From Rotaria socialis (taxonomy: Eukaryota), in assembly GCA_905331295.1 (NCBI GenBank), contig CAJNYD010000007.1:40938-104937 (forward strand): DNA of 64,000 nt, in the 5' to 3' direction. Under the pieces are notes generated by a model, which was not told where the DNA came from, did not search any database, and saw only the letters and a program-made list of their open reading frames with translations. How positions within the stretch are numbered: the stretch's first letter is position 1; each line of letters opens with the position of its first letter. Shown here piece after piece: positions 26,036-40,093 of this stretch. Made by a program: the position numbers and the translations under genes.

Positions 26036-26330
26036 TATTACAATTGAATTTTTGTCTTTTAGTAAAATAATCTAGAGATATTTTTAAAAAATCAATAATA
26101 TGGTAAATATTCGATTACATTAATCAAATACGAAAAGAAAGCTTTGTTGTTTCTATCCTTTGTTTCTATATGGTTTCTTCCCAAAACTGAAGAATTAATA
26201 AAATAAAACAAAACGATTTTCAATTAGAAAATTGAAATAAAAACTCGTATCGAATGCTGATCAGTTCTCTAAACCGATAGAAACATCACGGTCTTCAGAC
26301 AGGGATAACTATACGTAATTACATCATATC

Positions 26331-26393
26331 AGCATCGACCAGGATTCGAACCATCAACCTTCTCACAGCTCCTATTCTTTAACCATTGAACCA
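26331..26393 (-). repeat. tRNA-derived (SINE-like / pseudo-tRNA) sequence
   Basis: The minus strand has an A-box-like TGGTTCAATGG and a B-box GGTTCGAATCC at tRNA-like spacing. No intact cloverleaf. Confidence 0.55.
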
Positions 26394-26932
26394 AAACTTT
26401 CATATTAATTTTACGGTAAAAATCAAATAAATAACATTCGATATAATTATATATATATATATATATGCATATATGTTTTTTTTCTTTTCTTTATTTCAAA
26501 GAGAAAAGAACGCATAAATTGAGTCTATATTAAAGAAGATGAAATACACACGTGTACAGTACAAACATAAAGACGAGAAAAAAAGAAAGAGCAATGGATG
26601 ATGAAAGCAAAACATAAGACAAGAAAAGAAAAACAAGACAAATGTGTGCATATTGTTGAACCAAATAACAAAAAAGTCGTCGTTAAAGACTAGACAAAAG
26701 ACAAAGCAGGTGAACGAGAAATGAAAAGGAAAAAATAAGAAGTTTTTTGCTCTTTCTGTTTTTATTCCTTCTATAATCAGCACCAATACAACCTCTTCGG
26801 ATTTGCTTGCTAACGGATTTAGACACGATACAATTGTATTTGTGAGTTTTCTTTTTCAATCACAAACGAAAAGAAAAGATAAAGAATTATCTACTCATCT
26901 ATTTACACCCTCACCCCTCGACATACATACAT

Positions 26933-26964
<32 letters not shown>

Positions 26965-27256
26965 GTAAAGAAAAAGGAAAAGTTTATAAGAGCAATGACA
27001 AAACTGAATATAAGACAGAAATGGTCGATGTTGGTGAGTCGACAAAAAGATTAAACACGCAAATGAGTTTTGTTTTGTTTGTTTAAAGCGATGATGCTTG
27101 TGTGTTTCTTTAAAGAAGAACAAAAAATAATAATCAGGAAATCAAAAATATATATATATATATATATATCAAAAGAACACATTTTGTTATGTAATAAATA
27201 AGTATATGGTATAAGGATACTATTCTTGTATCTTTGTTTTGTTTTTTTGTATTATG

Positions 27257-30200
27257 TTAATTTGAACCGTCATTCATCGTTAATTGAGCTGTTCGAGCTG
27301 ATGCATTTGTTGTTGCACGTTTTGGATATGAACGTAAATATTCATCATCGGCTAATAGATTCACATCGGGTCGATCACGAACACTATAAGTTAAACATCG
27401 CCTTATGAATGTCTAAAGGAAAATTTTCAAATTTTTATTTTATGTTTCTTTTTCGTACGAAATTATCATACTTTGGCTCCATCGGATACAATGGGTTTAG
27501 CTGGAAATTCGATTTCTTTTGCTTTTAATATTGTCTGATTTTCAAGTATAGCTGCTTGCGATTGATTATGACCATACGGTTTTCGTCCATATAAACATTG
27601 AAAAAAGATGCAACCTAAACTCCATACATCGACTTTTGATGATATTTTAGGTGGATTTGGTCCCTGAACAAATACTTCGGGCGGTAGATACCTATGAATC
27701 AAACAAAAACTCATAATGTAATCAAGAAACAAGCTTCAAAATTTTACCAATAAGTTCCAGCTCCTTGTGATGTTAAGTCCATACCATGTTCTGGATCATA
27801 TGTATCTTCACACATTTGTTTACTTAAGCCAAAATCAGTTATTTTAATTTCACCACTACTTGTACCCGAACCCAATAGAATATTGGCTGGTTTAAGATCA
27901 AAATGAATTACAGGCGGTTTGATACCATTATTTAAATATCGTAATGCACTAACAGTTTGCATCATAACTGAACGTGCTTCTTTTTCAGGTATTACTTTAT
28001 GTTGTTTTAAGAAAAAGTCTATATCATTGCCTTCAATATATTCCAGCACAGTGCAAAATCTAAAACAAGACGAAAAAAAAAAACTTTGTGAAAAGTAAAA
28101 ATAACACTTTAATCTCTTACGAATCTGTATCGATTTCAAATACATCATAGAGACGAACAATTCTAGGATGATCAAGTGTCTTGAGAATGTCACATTCACG
28201 TAAAGCATGCCTAAAAATAAAACAAAAGATTTGATGAATAAATAATGAGAGAGAAAAAGGATATTATTGACTTGATGTAATTTGCTTTTTTTTCTTCTTT
28301 CCATTCTTTATTAAGTTGATGAACTTTAACAGCAACATATCTTTGTTCTTTTAAGCAGAAGGCCTAGATAAAATTTAAAAGCACTGATTTAAATTTAGAC
28401 TACTTTATTTATTGATTTTACTTTATGCACTTCGCTGAAACCACCTTTACCAATCAGACTGAGCAGTAAATAACGATCATTGAGAACAGGATGATCTTGG
28501 AATCTAAATAAAGAAAATAAAAGATTATGGATAAATTTTCATACAACATGGAATTATCTATTAATATAAGCGGAAAAGAAGAAGATTTTAAAATAATTAT
28601 AAATATGGTAATCAGACAAAAAAAAGTTTTCCGAAGATGATTGATTAAATCAGGTAACCATAAACTTTTATCGGGTTGTCAGGTGCAAAACAAAAATTGA
28701 TGCCTAACTTATCTACAAAAACAATTAAGGTTCATTTAGCCAATAAATAAGTGCCAAGTATTGATTCGGTTCTATAATATTTCTCATTTATAGTCAAGGT
28801 TAAATATAATATCAGCTGCATAAAGTTTTAATCGTATAACTAACAACAGTTACCCATTTGACTATAGAGAATTGATCAGTGAGCACATCCTACTCATGAT
28901 ATTAAATTATAGCCCACGCAAATTTAGAATACTAATGAATCTATCGTCTTTCAACAATTGATTCCACTGATCTCTCATAGGGATTGTGTTTCTAGTTCAG
29001 TCTTATTCAACTCAGCGTAGATAAACATTCTAATCAATGACTCATAATATAAATAATGTCCTATTAATAGGACTGCAATCATATTTTTACTTCCGGTACA
29101 TGCTAAAATAAGAATTTCTCTATGAGCATATGAGAACTACGCACGATGTTTGTTGATTTAATTAAAATCTTACCTGGAATGATCTTCATTGTAAATTCGT
29201 TTCAATTCTCGAATATGTAAATTTCTTTCTCGTTCAAGTTTTTCATATTCAATTTGTAGATCGACTTCTTCTTTTTTCAAGGATGCATTGCGTAAACGTA
29301 AAACTTCATCCGATTCATACCAATCACTTATTAACACTCTTGAAAAAATAAATCGATTTAGTCTAATTTAATTCAAACGAAAAACGTTTGTCAGCTTACG
29401 CTTTATTTGCATCGCTTGCTGTTTTTATACCATCATTACTACTTTCATCATTTGTTGCTAAAGACGAACTACCGCGATCTTTACTTTTTGCTCTTGTAAC
29501 TGATATTTTAATTGGTTTTTCTTTCACTTCATAAATGGGTCGACGACGTAATAAATTACGACGCTCACGCTCGAGTTCTTCTCGAGCACGTTGAAGCATT
29601 TCTTGTTGTCTAATAGAAAGAAGAAAAAACAACGATAACAATGACTAATAATTGATTAAATTAATAAATGTATACCTTGTAATATCAGTAAACGCTGTTC
29701 CATCGGTCCAATTTTCTACGAATGTTGCACCTTGTCTTTGCGTCACAAATTGGCCAAGTCTTAAACGATTCTCCATACATTTTTGTCTGGCTTGCTTTCG
29801 CTCGAGTGTTGACTAAAACAAAGAGATTTTATTTTACAATCTCAACATTGAACAGTCTATTTAGAAATAGATTCTTTCAGTTCATTGATTTGTTGAACAT
29901 CAATGAAGACGTAACGATGGCAATGAAATATCTTAATAGTTTATATTCATTTGATCTCATAAAAATTTCCTCTCGAAAGAAGACGCTTCGTTCTTATCGC
30001 TACAAGTGTTACACTTGAGATTGAAACTATCAGCTAAGACCGTTCTAAGATGATTCATGCGCTTACTTTTTCTACTAGTAATTTCTTATTAACACCAAGA
30101 CATTTCTGAAGTATATTCGTTTGTTTATCGAGATCTTTTTTGGTATCAGTTAATTGTCGCCGTAGATCGTCTCGTTCCTTAATGAAAGAAGAAGATCGGT

Positions 30201-31119
30201 AATTTATACTTTATTGTTTGTCGATTTATTTCTCATACTCTGGTTAACATTTGTATTTGACTGTTCTTTGCTTCAAGTTCATTAGACGTTGAAGTTATTG
30301 CTCCAATTATATCGGTCTAATGAACAAGAAAAGAATTTATTAAACAAATAATTTAAAAAAATTTACTTGTGTTTGTTTTGAATTAGTTGTGGAATTATTC
30401 GAGGATTCAGATGTATGATTTGAATTTGACCCTGAATCACTTTGAGCTGATGAAACTGGTGAAAAACCAATTTCACGGTAATTAGCAGAATTCTTCAATA
30501 AAAACACAAGAAATTTTTTAAAAATTTTATACAAAAAAAAATCACAAGCTTTTTACTTTCGCTGTAAATAGTTCGGGATTTAAATTGACTTTTTTCTCTG
30601 TTGTTATTGGTGTTTGTAATTCCATTAATGTTAATTGTTTTTGATTCATATTCAATTCACTTTTTCTTCTTTTGACTTTTTGTCCATCACTATTATCTTC
30701 GACTTTTGGCGTTCGTTTTCTTCGAGGTTTATCGGTTGTTGAGGAAAATTTCTTCAATGAATTTGCATTCGGAGTTTTCACTAGAGTTTGATTTGATGCT
30801 GATACTGTTGTCGACGTACCAAATAATCGAAATGGTGATACCGCTAGTGGGTTACATTCATGTTCATCGATATCTGTTGGACTTGGATTTTTTGGTGTTA
30901 TCCCTTGACCATTGTTTGATGGCGATGCACGATTATTACTGTTATCTATTGAATCACTACGTTGAGGAAATATTTTAAACGATGGAAAATTATTATCTAT
31001 TGGAAGGACATTTTGACCTGTTAGAATAAATCTATCTATTGAAATCATTGAAATAAGATTTTCATGTTCTTACCACGAGAATTAAATTGATTTTCGGATG
31101 GTTTTGATACGAGATTCAT
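27257..31119 (-). CDS. TLK: Tousled-like Ser/Thr kinase
   Basis: Coiled-coil region [30 protein letters not shown]. Kinase motifs [56 protein letters not shown] and [10 protein letters not shown]. Start at 31119 is tentative. Confidence 0.93.
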
Positions 31120-33362
31120 TCTATAAAATAATTATTATTAATAAATAAGTAAAAACTCATATCTAGAAATAGAAAAACATCATTTTACTTATCGATAGAG
31201 GGCATACCTGATATTCCATATGATTATTACATAGAATTGAAATGTAGAGAAAAGAAAAAACACATCAACTATAAAGGCTAAAGATTCTTCATCGTCATTG
31301 GTTTTTAATAAGCATAAATATACATATATATATATATATATATTAAGAAACTTCCGATTCTATCAAACAATATAATATCTATGAGTATATCGATTTTTAT
31401 ATAATCGTTGAAATAGAACTAAGAATAACATTGTATTGACTTTGATTACATATGCATATTTTACAATGACAACGAAATTCTCGAAAAAAAACCATCATGG
31501 TGGACAATTAGTAGCATCGCCTGTGCGTGCGACCCGAGCGATCGATTGTTAAACAGCTCGTTCTTACATAATTTATTTGCCAACGATCTAACCAATGAGA
31601 AATTTTCTTTCGTACATAAAAGAGGACACCGTTTGATGACAATTGAAACGTAGCTATACTTTATTGATTAAAAGAAGAAAAAAAAGTGCAACATTATGTC
31701 CAAACAATCAAACATAGAATTTGATCTAGAATTAACAAGACATTCAATAAAAAAAGAAACTTTGACTAAAACGAAAAATCAATCGATAGAGAAAAATTAT
31801 ATTTGTCAACGATATGCAACAAGGTAAAATTCTAATTGAAATTGTAGTAGAAAATTTGATTTATGTGTTCAAAACAAAAAAAGCGCGAACGATTAAAATG
31901 TTTTTCATATTGAAAACATACCAAGATAGTTTTTTATTTGGTAAATAATCTTCATGTTTACTACGATTTATTCTGATTCTTTCTTTTTCTACATGACGAC
32001 ATCGGAAATTTGAAATGATTAGCACGTGAGCAAAGGCCAGAAAGGCTTATTTAGTGAGCGGATGTAAAACATTCTATGATTGTTTCTTTGTAACAACGCT
32101 CATGAGATGAAAACAAAAATACTACGTTCTGGTACACGTAGCAATAAGATAGCAAAAAGAAAAAGTAACGATTATATTGCAATAACAGATAGGATGATTT
32201 ACATGACTCAACCTTTTTGTCACACAAGACAACATGTTTGTACACGCATTGAAACATATCTACTGGGGAAAAAAGAATATTGTATTGCAAATAATTACCT
32301 CAGCAGCAACTGTTCTCGTGAGATTTAAGATCAGGAATAATCCTTTTTTATTACACATTTAATTGCTTGAAGTTTTTAAAGTATCGTGTCGCTGAAGAGA
32401 AAATATTGCGATCATATGTGGTGGCGAGAACAGTAAAAGTCATGTATTTGTCTGTCGATAAACTATAAATTGACATTGTTTGCCGTAAAAGAAAATATAT
32501 TTAAGTGTTTCCAATGGTATGATCGGAAAAGACATAAAGTAAAAATATCGAAAGGAAAATGTCGAAAACAAAATTGAGGGTGATGTTTTCGATATTTTTC
32601 CTTTTTGTCTTTTTTCATCCATTCTTTCTAATTAGACGATGGATATAGTGACAATGGAGAAAAGGAAACATTCGAGTGACTTCATGATTGAATGAAAAGT
32701 TGGGATATTTTATGTCTATATAATTTTTACTTGAAGTATTAATATTAATAGATAAGCTCAGATACAGCTGAAAAACATTCTTTGGTCAGAATTAATTTTT
32801 TACAACAAGTCACACCCTAGGGTTGATTCATGACAATAATTTTCTTTTTTCCATGCTTAGGAATAACGTGTCTGATTGCAAAATTACTTTTTAGTATAAA
32901 TTTCGAAATGAGAATTAGTCAACCTTTACTAATCAGAAAAGTTGAACTGATGTTTTCTAGAATGAAAAAGAAAAAACATCATGTCGTGTACAAACTAGTC
33001 ATATTTGATAAAAATCTTCTATTTTTACTTAAAACTGTCCCAAGCGGAAGATGGGTCTAATCCTAGTGACTCGGGAACATCGTTGACAGCATCTCAATCA
33101 GCACGATAAGAGTAAGAACACTATGCCAGTTTTTTTTATAGAAAATTTTTGACACCGGAGGTTAGACGAACAATATGAACTAGTTTAGTTTTTTTTTCTT
33201 GCGCTTGAACTTTTCAATGGAATCAAAAAACAGTTAATGTTTTATGGAAAATTTTTCATTTTCTATTGATTAAATTATATCAATAGATTTTCTAGTATCC
33301 ATATAATGACATACAAAATAAAATAAAATAATTTATTCATCTTGAAAAGCTCTTTTCTTTAG

Positions 33363-34224
33363 ACATGGGCTTATTGTTGCAACTACAAAGCAGTCGCAAC
33401 TAAAAAACGAATCGAAAGTATTTACATCTTCTAGTCAGCCAAAAAAATTCGCTCGTCAAATTCAAGAAACAAATATAAATACAACTATTATTGACATATT
33501 AGAAAAATCTTCCGATGATTGTCCATTGACTGAAACATCTCTTAAAGAACGACTAGATCAGTATTTCAATAAAGATAATCAAAGATTAATAATAAGTACG
33601 GAAACTAAACAAAATCTCAATAGATTACAAAAAATAACAGATGATGTTAAATTATTAACTAAACAACTTCAATTATCGGTCGAATATAACAAAAATAATA
33701 GCTCTACCACTTCTCTCTTAGGCAAATAGATTGATTTCTTTTTTTTTCTTCTTCATCTTCTTCTTACCATTCTATTTTTATTCAAAAATAAAATAGATGA
33801 ACGTTTACTTGGTGAAATATGTTATCAATTAGAACGACACATTTTAGTTATAATATTTTCTAAATCAAAACAACTCTATGGTTATTCACTTCGCTATTTA
33901 TCATCAATAATTCAAAATGAATCACATAAATGTGATCGTTCTATACATAGAAAACGTTTTCTTCAAATAGAAAAATATCTTTCAAAAACAAATTTTCGTT
34001 TTAATTATCATTCCATATTAACATTTTATTTTATAAATAAATATGGCATTTATTCCGATTATCAATGGTTAAAAGTCTACTCAAATATTCTATCAAATTT
34101 AAATGATTTAAAATCATTTTGTTATTCAATATTATCAAACCATTTTCACGAAGATTTATCAATAATTATTGACAGCCTTGAATTAATTTCAAATTTTGAT
34201 CATAAACCATTATTCTTCTGGTAA
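33363..34224 (+). CDS. Speriolin C-terminal domain protein (SPATC1/SPATC1L-like); 5' end unresolved
   Basis: Exon 33797-34224 translates ERLLGEICYQLERHILVIIF...LYGYSLR...FINKYGIY...DLSIIIDSLELISNFDHKPLFFW*, matching the Speriolin_C pattern as I recall it (GEI.FQLDRRIL, LYG, IN.YGI, D.KPLF.W at the C-terminus). The upstream coiled-coil exon 33363-33721 joins through an apparent GC-AG intron. No in-frame ATG was found in either exon. Confidence 0.7.
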
Positions 34225-35732
34225 TCGATTTTATTTCTTTGACATTATTGACATTATTGAATATGCATGTATGATTAGTACTAATAATAAAAGCAAATAT
34301 CTTGAAATGAATAAAAAAAAGAAGAATGGAACATTCTGTCTGATTGTCTTAGTTCGGGAGAAGAACATGAAATTTATTCATCGTTTTTTTGTGTTCCTCG
34401 ATGTCGGAAAAGATGGATAGAGAGAGAGAGAAGAGCGGAAAGAAAGTAATGACAGACAAGCATTAATACTCAGATTGTTGCTGCTCGAGCAAGTGAAAGC
34501 AACTGTCTTCATCATTATCATAAAAAAAAAAGTTTTCTTTGCATGTTCATCGTTGTGTAACTATGCACTATGCATTACGAAATAAGAATAATATATTTTA
34601 TTTTATTTCAATACGTCAATACAATACGAAATCCATTGCTTGTCCATATTGCAGGTATGATGAGAGCTATCGGCAGTAGTGATAGATGAGTATGATCAAA
34701 TTATTTAAAAGGAAATTTTGCATATTTTTATGCATGAAAACGTCTTTTATCTATATATGTTTATTTCTGTGTGTGCATGATCGTCGTTTCTTTCGCCTTC
34801 TCATCATATCAATTATTAATGTTTACAAGATAAATTAAGAATATTTTCTTTATTAATTAAATGTGATAAATTCGATTAGCCTATTTAAGGATTATCAAAT
34901 GTTTAATAAGAACAAGAAAAAATATAAAATGCTACAAGATTATAAATGTTTTTTTCTTTTGAATACTTCAATCATACCGATGTTACTGTTCTTTTCACTT
35001 TTGTGTACAGTAATTTTTTTTGTGTGGTTTATATGTTTTGTTGGATAAGTATTTTTTTTTTGAATTAAGGTCAAAAGTGCTGCGAGTCAACAAGATTAAG
35101 TTCAGGAAACTCATACTTGTTGTGAACATCGATGAACAAAACAACAGTGAATAAGATAATATAGTTTTGCAAGAGAAAAGCGAATGTTTTCCAAGATTGT
35201 GTCTCAGCGACTACTCCGCTTGGGAATAATTCTTGATTAAGGCCCACAACGCTTGACTTTGTTGCATATCTAATGAACTATCATTTTCCAATGTTCTTTA
35301 TAGTTCGTATACTCTTTTGATCATTAATTTTGAGTGGGGGAACCTCTACTCTATCGATTCTATTGAATCTCGTCTCATTAAACAAATATGTTCATTGTCT
35401 ATTTTTTCTCAGTACGACATTTCGTAAGTACTTTATCACATGTATTATCTTCATATTGAACAACTCGTAAGTCTTCCATGCTTGTCTTCATGGCTCTGAG
35501 TTGAAATCGGCGATGGCTGCTTTCTTCACTATGCTTTTATTAAGCACGAGCATTGCTTTATTTTGATATCATCTATATGAACATTACTATTATTTAGTTA
35601 CTATTAACAGGCATTGTTTTTCTTTGTATTAACATCTCTTGATCAATTGCGGATATTCTCTTTCAAAATGACATCGCAGAATTCCGTGTTCTTTTTCTCT
35701 GTTTTGAACTTATATTGAAATTTTTTTGTCAA

Positions 35733-38288
35733 GCACATCACTTGAACTTAGAACAACAAGGTCGTGCAAGTACAACTGAAACATATATCTATCGACATCG
35801 TCTAGTCACACGATCGACAACAGCATCATCGATAACAGGAAATAATTATGATTTCTATTCGGCATCGACACTAACATCATTTCTTAATTATTATCAACCA
35901 TCACCAACGTTTGGTAATGAATTATTACCATTGAATCAAACAGAAAACGGATGTCCAAGACAAAAAAATGTTCACAGAAACTGTCAACGATCTTGTCAAG
36001 GACTAAATCAAAATACAAATTGTCGTCATCAAAAAATTTGTATTTGTGATCATAATTGTGGATTTTCTTGTCTTTCAAGAAGTAAAACCTTAAAAAAAAA
36101 ATTTAATATATAATGAATTTATCTTCACACTTAGCTATTGTCACCGAACGGTATCTTTGTCCAATAATGAATAATCCACCACATGGTCGAATACATTATG
36201 ATGGTCATTCATTTTATAGTCGCCTTGTTTATGAATGTAATGCAGGTTATACACTATTGGGACCGAAAGAACGTATCTGTGTAAGTGATGGCTTTTGGGA
36301 ACCAGTCGTTGATGTTTACTGTATACGTAAAGGTAAATAGATGAAAATGAAATATTTTTAAAATTCTTCTTGCTTATCAGATGAAGTTTGTATAATGGAT
36401 ATTTCAATAACAAATGGTGATTATACTCCAAAACAACAAGTCTATTATCCTGATCAACAAATACGTATTGAATGTAATCCTGGTTGTGAACTTGATCGAC
36501 TATCTCCTGCATTAACATGTTTAAAAAATGGAACATGGTCACCAATAGAAACTCCAAGATGTTTAAGTAAGTCAATGAATTTTTCTATTGTGCAATACAA
36601 CATCTAGTCAATCTTAAGAGTCTCCATGTGGCGAACCACCATCGATACCAAATGCATATCTTGTTAATGCAACATCGACTTATGCTCAATATGCTTGTTT
36701 CGAACGGTATGTATTAAAAGATTCTCTATCACAAATCGAATGTAAGCAAGGTCGCTGGCAAAATATTCGACCACAATGTATTGAAGCAAGGTGTCAACAT
36801 CCAACATTAGATGGTTTCAATGGTTATGTTTTAAATTCACGTTCAATATTTCCGTCGGGCGAAGGTACAGGTCTTACATGCAATAATACTCATAGTACAC
36901 ATTATGATCTTATTCCAATGATTGATTATATCGTATGCGATAATCAAGGAATATGGAAACCAATGTTACCGAAATGTTATGGTAAATTTGTTTTTAGTTT
37001 TGTTTCATGTTTTCTCTTTCAAATGATTTTACACTATTTAGCAAAATGTCGTCTACCAGACTTAGGAAAAAATACAATCGGCTATTATATAGATGATAAT
37101 ACAAATGATTGGTATGGAAAAGAATTGCAAACAGGTGCATATATTCGGCATGGTTATTCAATTAAATATTTGTGTCAATGCCAATCGACATCAGTATATA
37201 ATTGTTCGTTAGTGCAGCCAGCGTTTGTTCAATGTATTGATGGAGAATGGACGAATGGGGGCCCTCATTGTCGAGAACGTATGTCGTGTTTTTTTTTGTT
37301 AGCTAAATCGTGTTTTCTAATTTTTGTTAATTTTCCTATTTAAACAAAAAAAAAGGAATTTCTGGAAAATGTCGAATTCCATTTGATACTCCGTATGTAT
37401 TGTTGAATAACAATACAAGCATAAATACGATCTTGAGCGAAGGAGAATCATTTGATTACGGATGTATAGATGGTTATGCGCGCATGACAAATGTGACATG
37501 TACGCAAGGAAATCTGACACCAAAGCCATTATGCGAACCAAGTAAATATTAAATTTAAATTTAAACAAAATTATTTTTCTATTGTTTCTTTTAGAAAATT
37601 GTACAACACATCCTTATTGGATTAAGAATGGCTATGTTAAATATCATAACAGACGACATGGTGGTCATGCTGAATATTCAGTACACAGAATGAAAATAAA
37701 TCTTTCGAAAACATTCATTTTCTTGTTCTCTTTCTAGTGTCGCAATGGCTATAAATTAAGTAATCAACGAATATTACGATGCTTATTTGGTAAATGGGAA
37801 TCACCTTATGATCGAGATAATCTTGTTCAATGTGTTGCCGGTGAATTATGAAGACAATTTTTTCACTTTATGTTTATCTTTTTATTTAGATATTTGTCTG
37901 CATCCAGGTGTTATTCGTAATGGAAAAATTTTTGTTGTTAATTATGGTACATCGCGTTATATACTCTCAGTTAATGTTTCATTAAGTCATGGAGCTTCAT
38001 TGCAATTTGAATGTGATCCAAGTTTGCGATCTATTTGCTTTTATTTTCTTTCACTCATAATTCTTTTTTTTATTACATACTTAAGGTTTTATGCTTGTTG
38101 GTAATCGTGGTTCGACCTGTTTTTCAGGCAAATGGCGACCTGAACAATTACCAATATGTAATGAGGGTATTTTATTTTCTTTTTATACATACATGTACGT
38201 GCATCATTTGTCTTGAATACATTTCAATCATTTAGATCGGCATGTATCCTTACAACATACACTACACCAGTTTGTTAGTAAAGGATGA
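35733..38288 (+). CDS. lev-9: LEV-9/Hasp-like extracellular protein, paralog A: WAP-like domain plus about 8 Sushi/CCP domains; 5' exons unresolved
   Basis: GCPRQ...CQRSC...C...CICDHNCGFSC (WAP-like), followed by repeated C-(P)...NG...Y.C..GY.L.G...C...G.W....C modules across GT-AG exons. Ends DRHVSLQHTLHQFVSKG*. Confidence 0.75.
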
Positions 38289-40093
38289 TCGTGTAAACAG
38301 TATCGCTTGTTCCTCGTTCTTTTCTTTTCATTGTTTTTTTTTGTTGTATTCATAACATCGTCCTTGAAAACTTATGTTGAACAGTTGACGCTCACATGTA
38401 TGTCATCATAGATATATGTATATGTGTGTATGCTTATGTGTATGTGTCTTTTATGTCATGATAGATGAAACAAATTATCAAAAGAAAAAAACGAAGACTT
38501 TCAATATTCTGATTGTAACAATAAAAGAATATTTTTGCTTGAATGGTTTTTAAAATGTGAAATCATCATGGCTTAATCATAATAGAATACTGTTGTGTAA
38601 TAAAGATGGACAACATTGATACAAGTAAAATTGTCGTTTTTGTGTTCTTATGACTGTGCTCAAGAAGTATAGTGAGCTTCGGGACTCCGTTGTATTCATA
38701 AAAAAAAGAAACTTATCTCGCATCATCGCACTTTTGAATACTTAATGCCAACAGCTACATTTTTCTATATGTATGTTTGTCTTCTGTTAAGGAACAAATC
38801 ATCTCTTGAGCAGTTGTCGCATTTGTATAGTAGTCTCTAAGCAGTGGTATACGCATGTGCATTGTTCAATATTACCATGAGTTGTTCTTTTTCTTTTTTT
38901 TTTGTACGCATCTCTAAAGATTTGTTCACAGGCAATGCTTTGTCCTGTTTTTTTTTACGTAGGTCTTAGAGAAGACATTTGTTTCCTTATTCCCTCGCGT
39001 ACTAATGACGTGTGATGATGCAAGTTTAAAAAATATCATTCGTCGACTGCTCATTTCTTATCGGATTATATGTACAAAGCAATGTAGATGATTGTAATTG
39101 AACGCGAGAGTGAATCGTTGACTTTTCGATTCATCATGAATTGATACTTACGTGGTCAGCATTTTTGCTTTTTCATGTCGATATCATTGATCCATTCTAA
39201 GATATGAATTCAAAGTTGTGAATATTGTTTCAAAAAAAAATGGCTCCTAAAATCGTGGTTTTTTTTCTACTCCATCGTCGTCTTCCGTATGTAGTCTATA
39301 AAAGAGACCGATTTCTTTTTTTTATGCGTACTACATATTTCTAATGTATAAATTGGAATCCTTCTCTTTATTCAATAGATTGGTACTCCTAACTAAACAC
39401 ACTGGCTTCTCTCTCTCTCTCTCGCTTCGTTCTCTGTCTCTCCTTCTCCTTCTTCTTTGCACGGGCACATACGTATATATATGAATATGTCGAGCAATTA
39501 TGATATACTGAGCTATGACAGATGATGTTATATGTAAAGTAAGTTTAGATACTTATCGATAGTAAAATTTTATTATTTTAAATAATTTTCTTGTTTTTAT
39601 ATTATTTCTTTCGTAATCACCTCTCTGCTCCTTTGCAGCTGGACTAATCACTAGTTTTTGCTTTAAGCGAATACAATACTTATTTACTATATAGAATCTA
39701 TAATTGTTCAATAATCATTTTTTCCTCTCTTACAATTCCCAGAACAAAATATATATAAATATATCGATCGGCAAGGTCAGAACATATGTACACAAAGTGG
39801 TCAAGTAAATAGTGATGTGACCATTCGTTTTTCTTCTTCTATAGATACTAGTTGCTGTTTTTTTTTCTTATTATTTCATATTATGTCATAGATTTAACTA
39901 AATATGTAAGATATATTTGATATCGTGCATAGGTTTTTTTGTTTGTCAAACAACACGTACACAGAGTAGAGATTAAAAGTATGAACATGGTATTAAGATA
40001 TTTTTAATTATATCATCATAAGAATGTGTATCACAAAACGGTTCAATGAAGAAGAAGAAAATAACTAAAATTTTAGATGATCTGATCATAACG

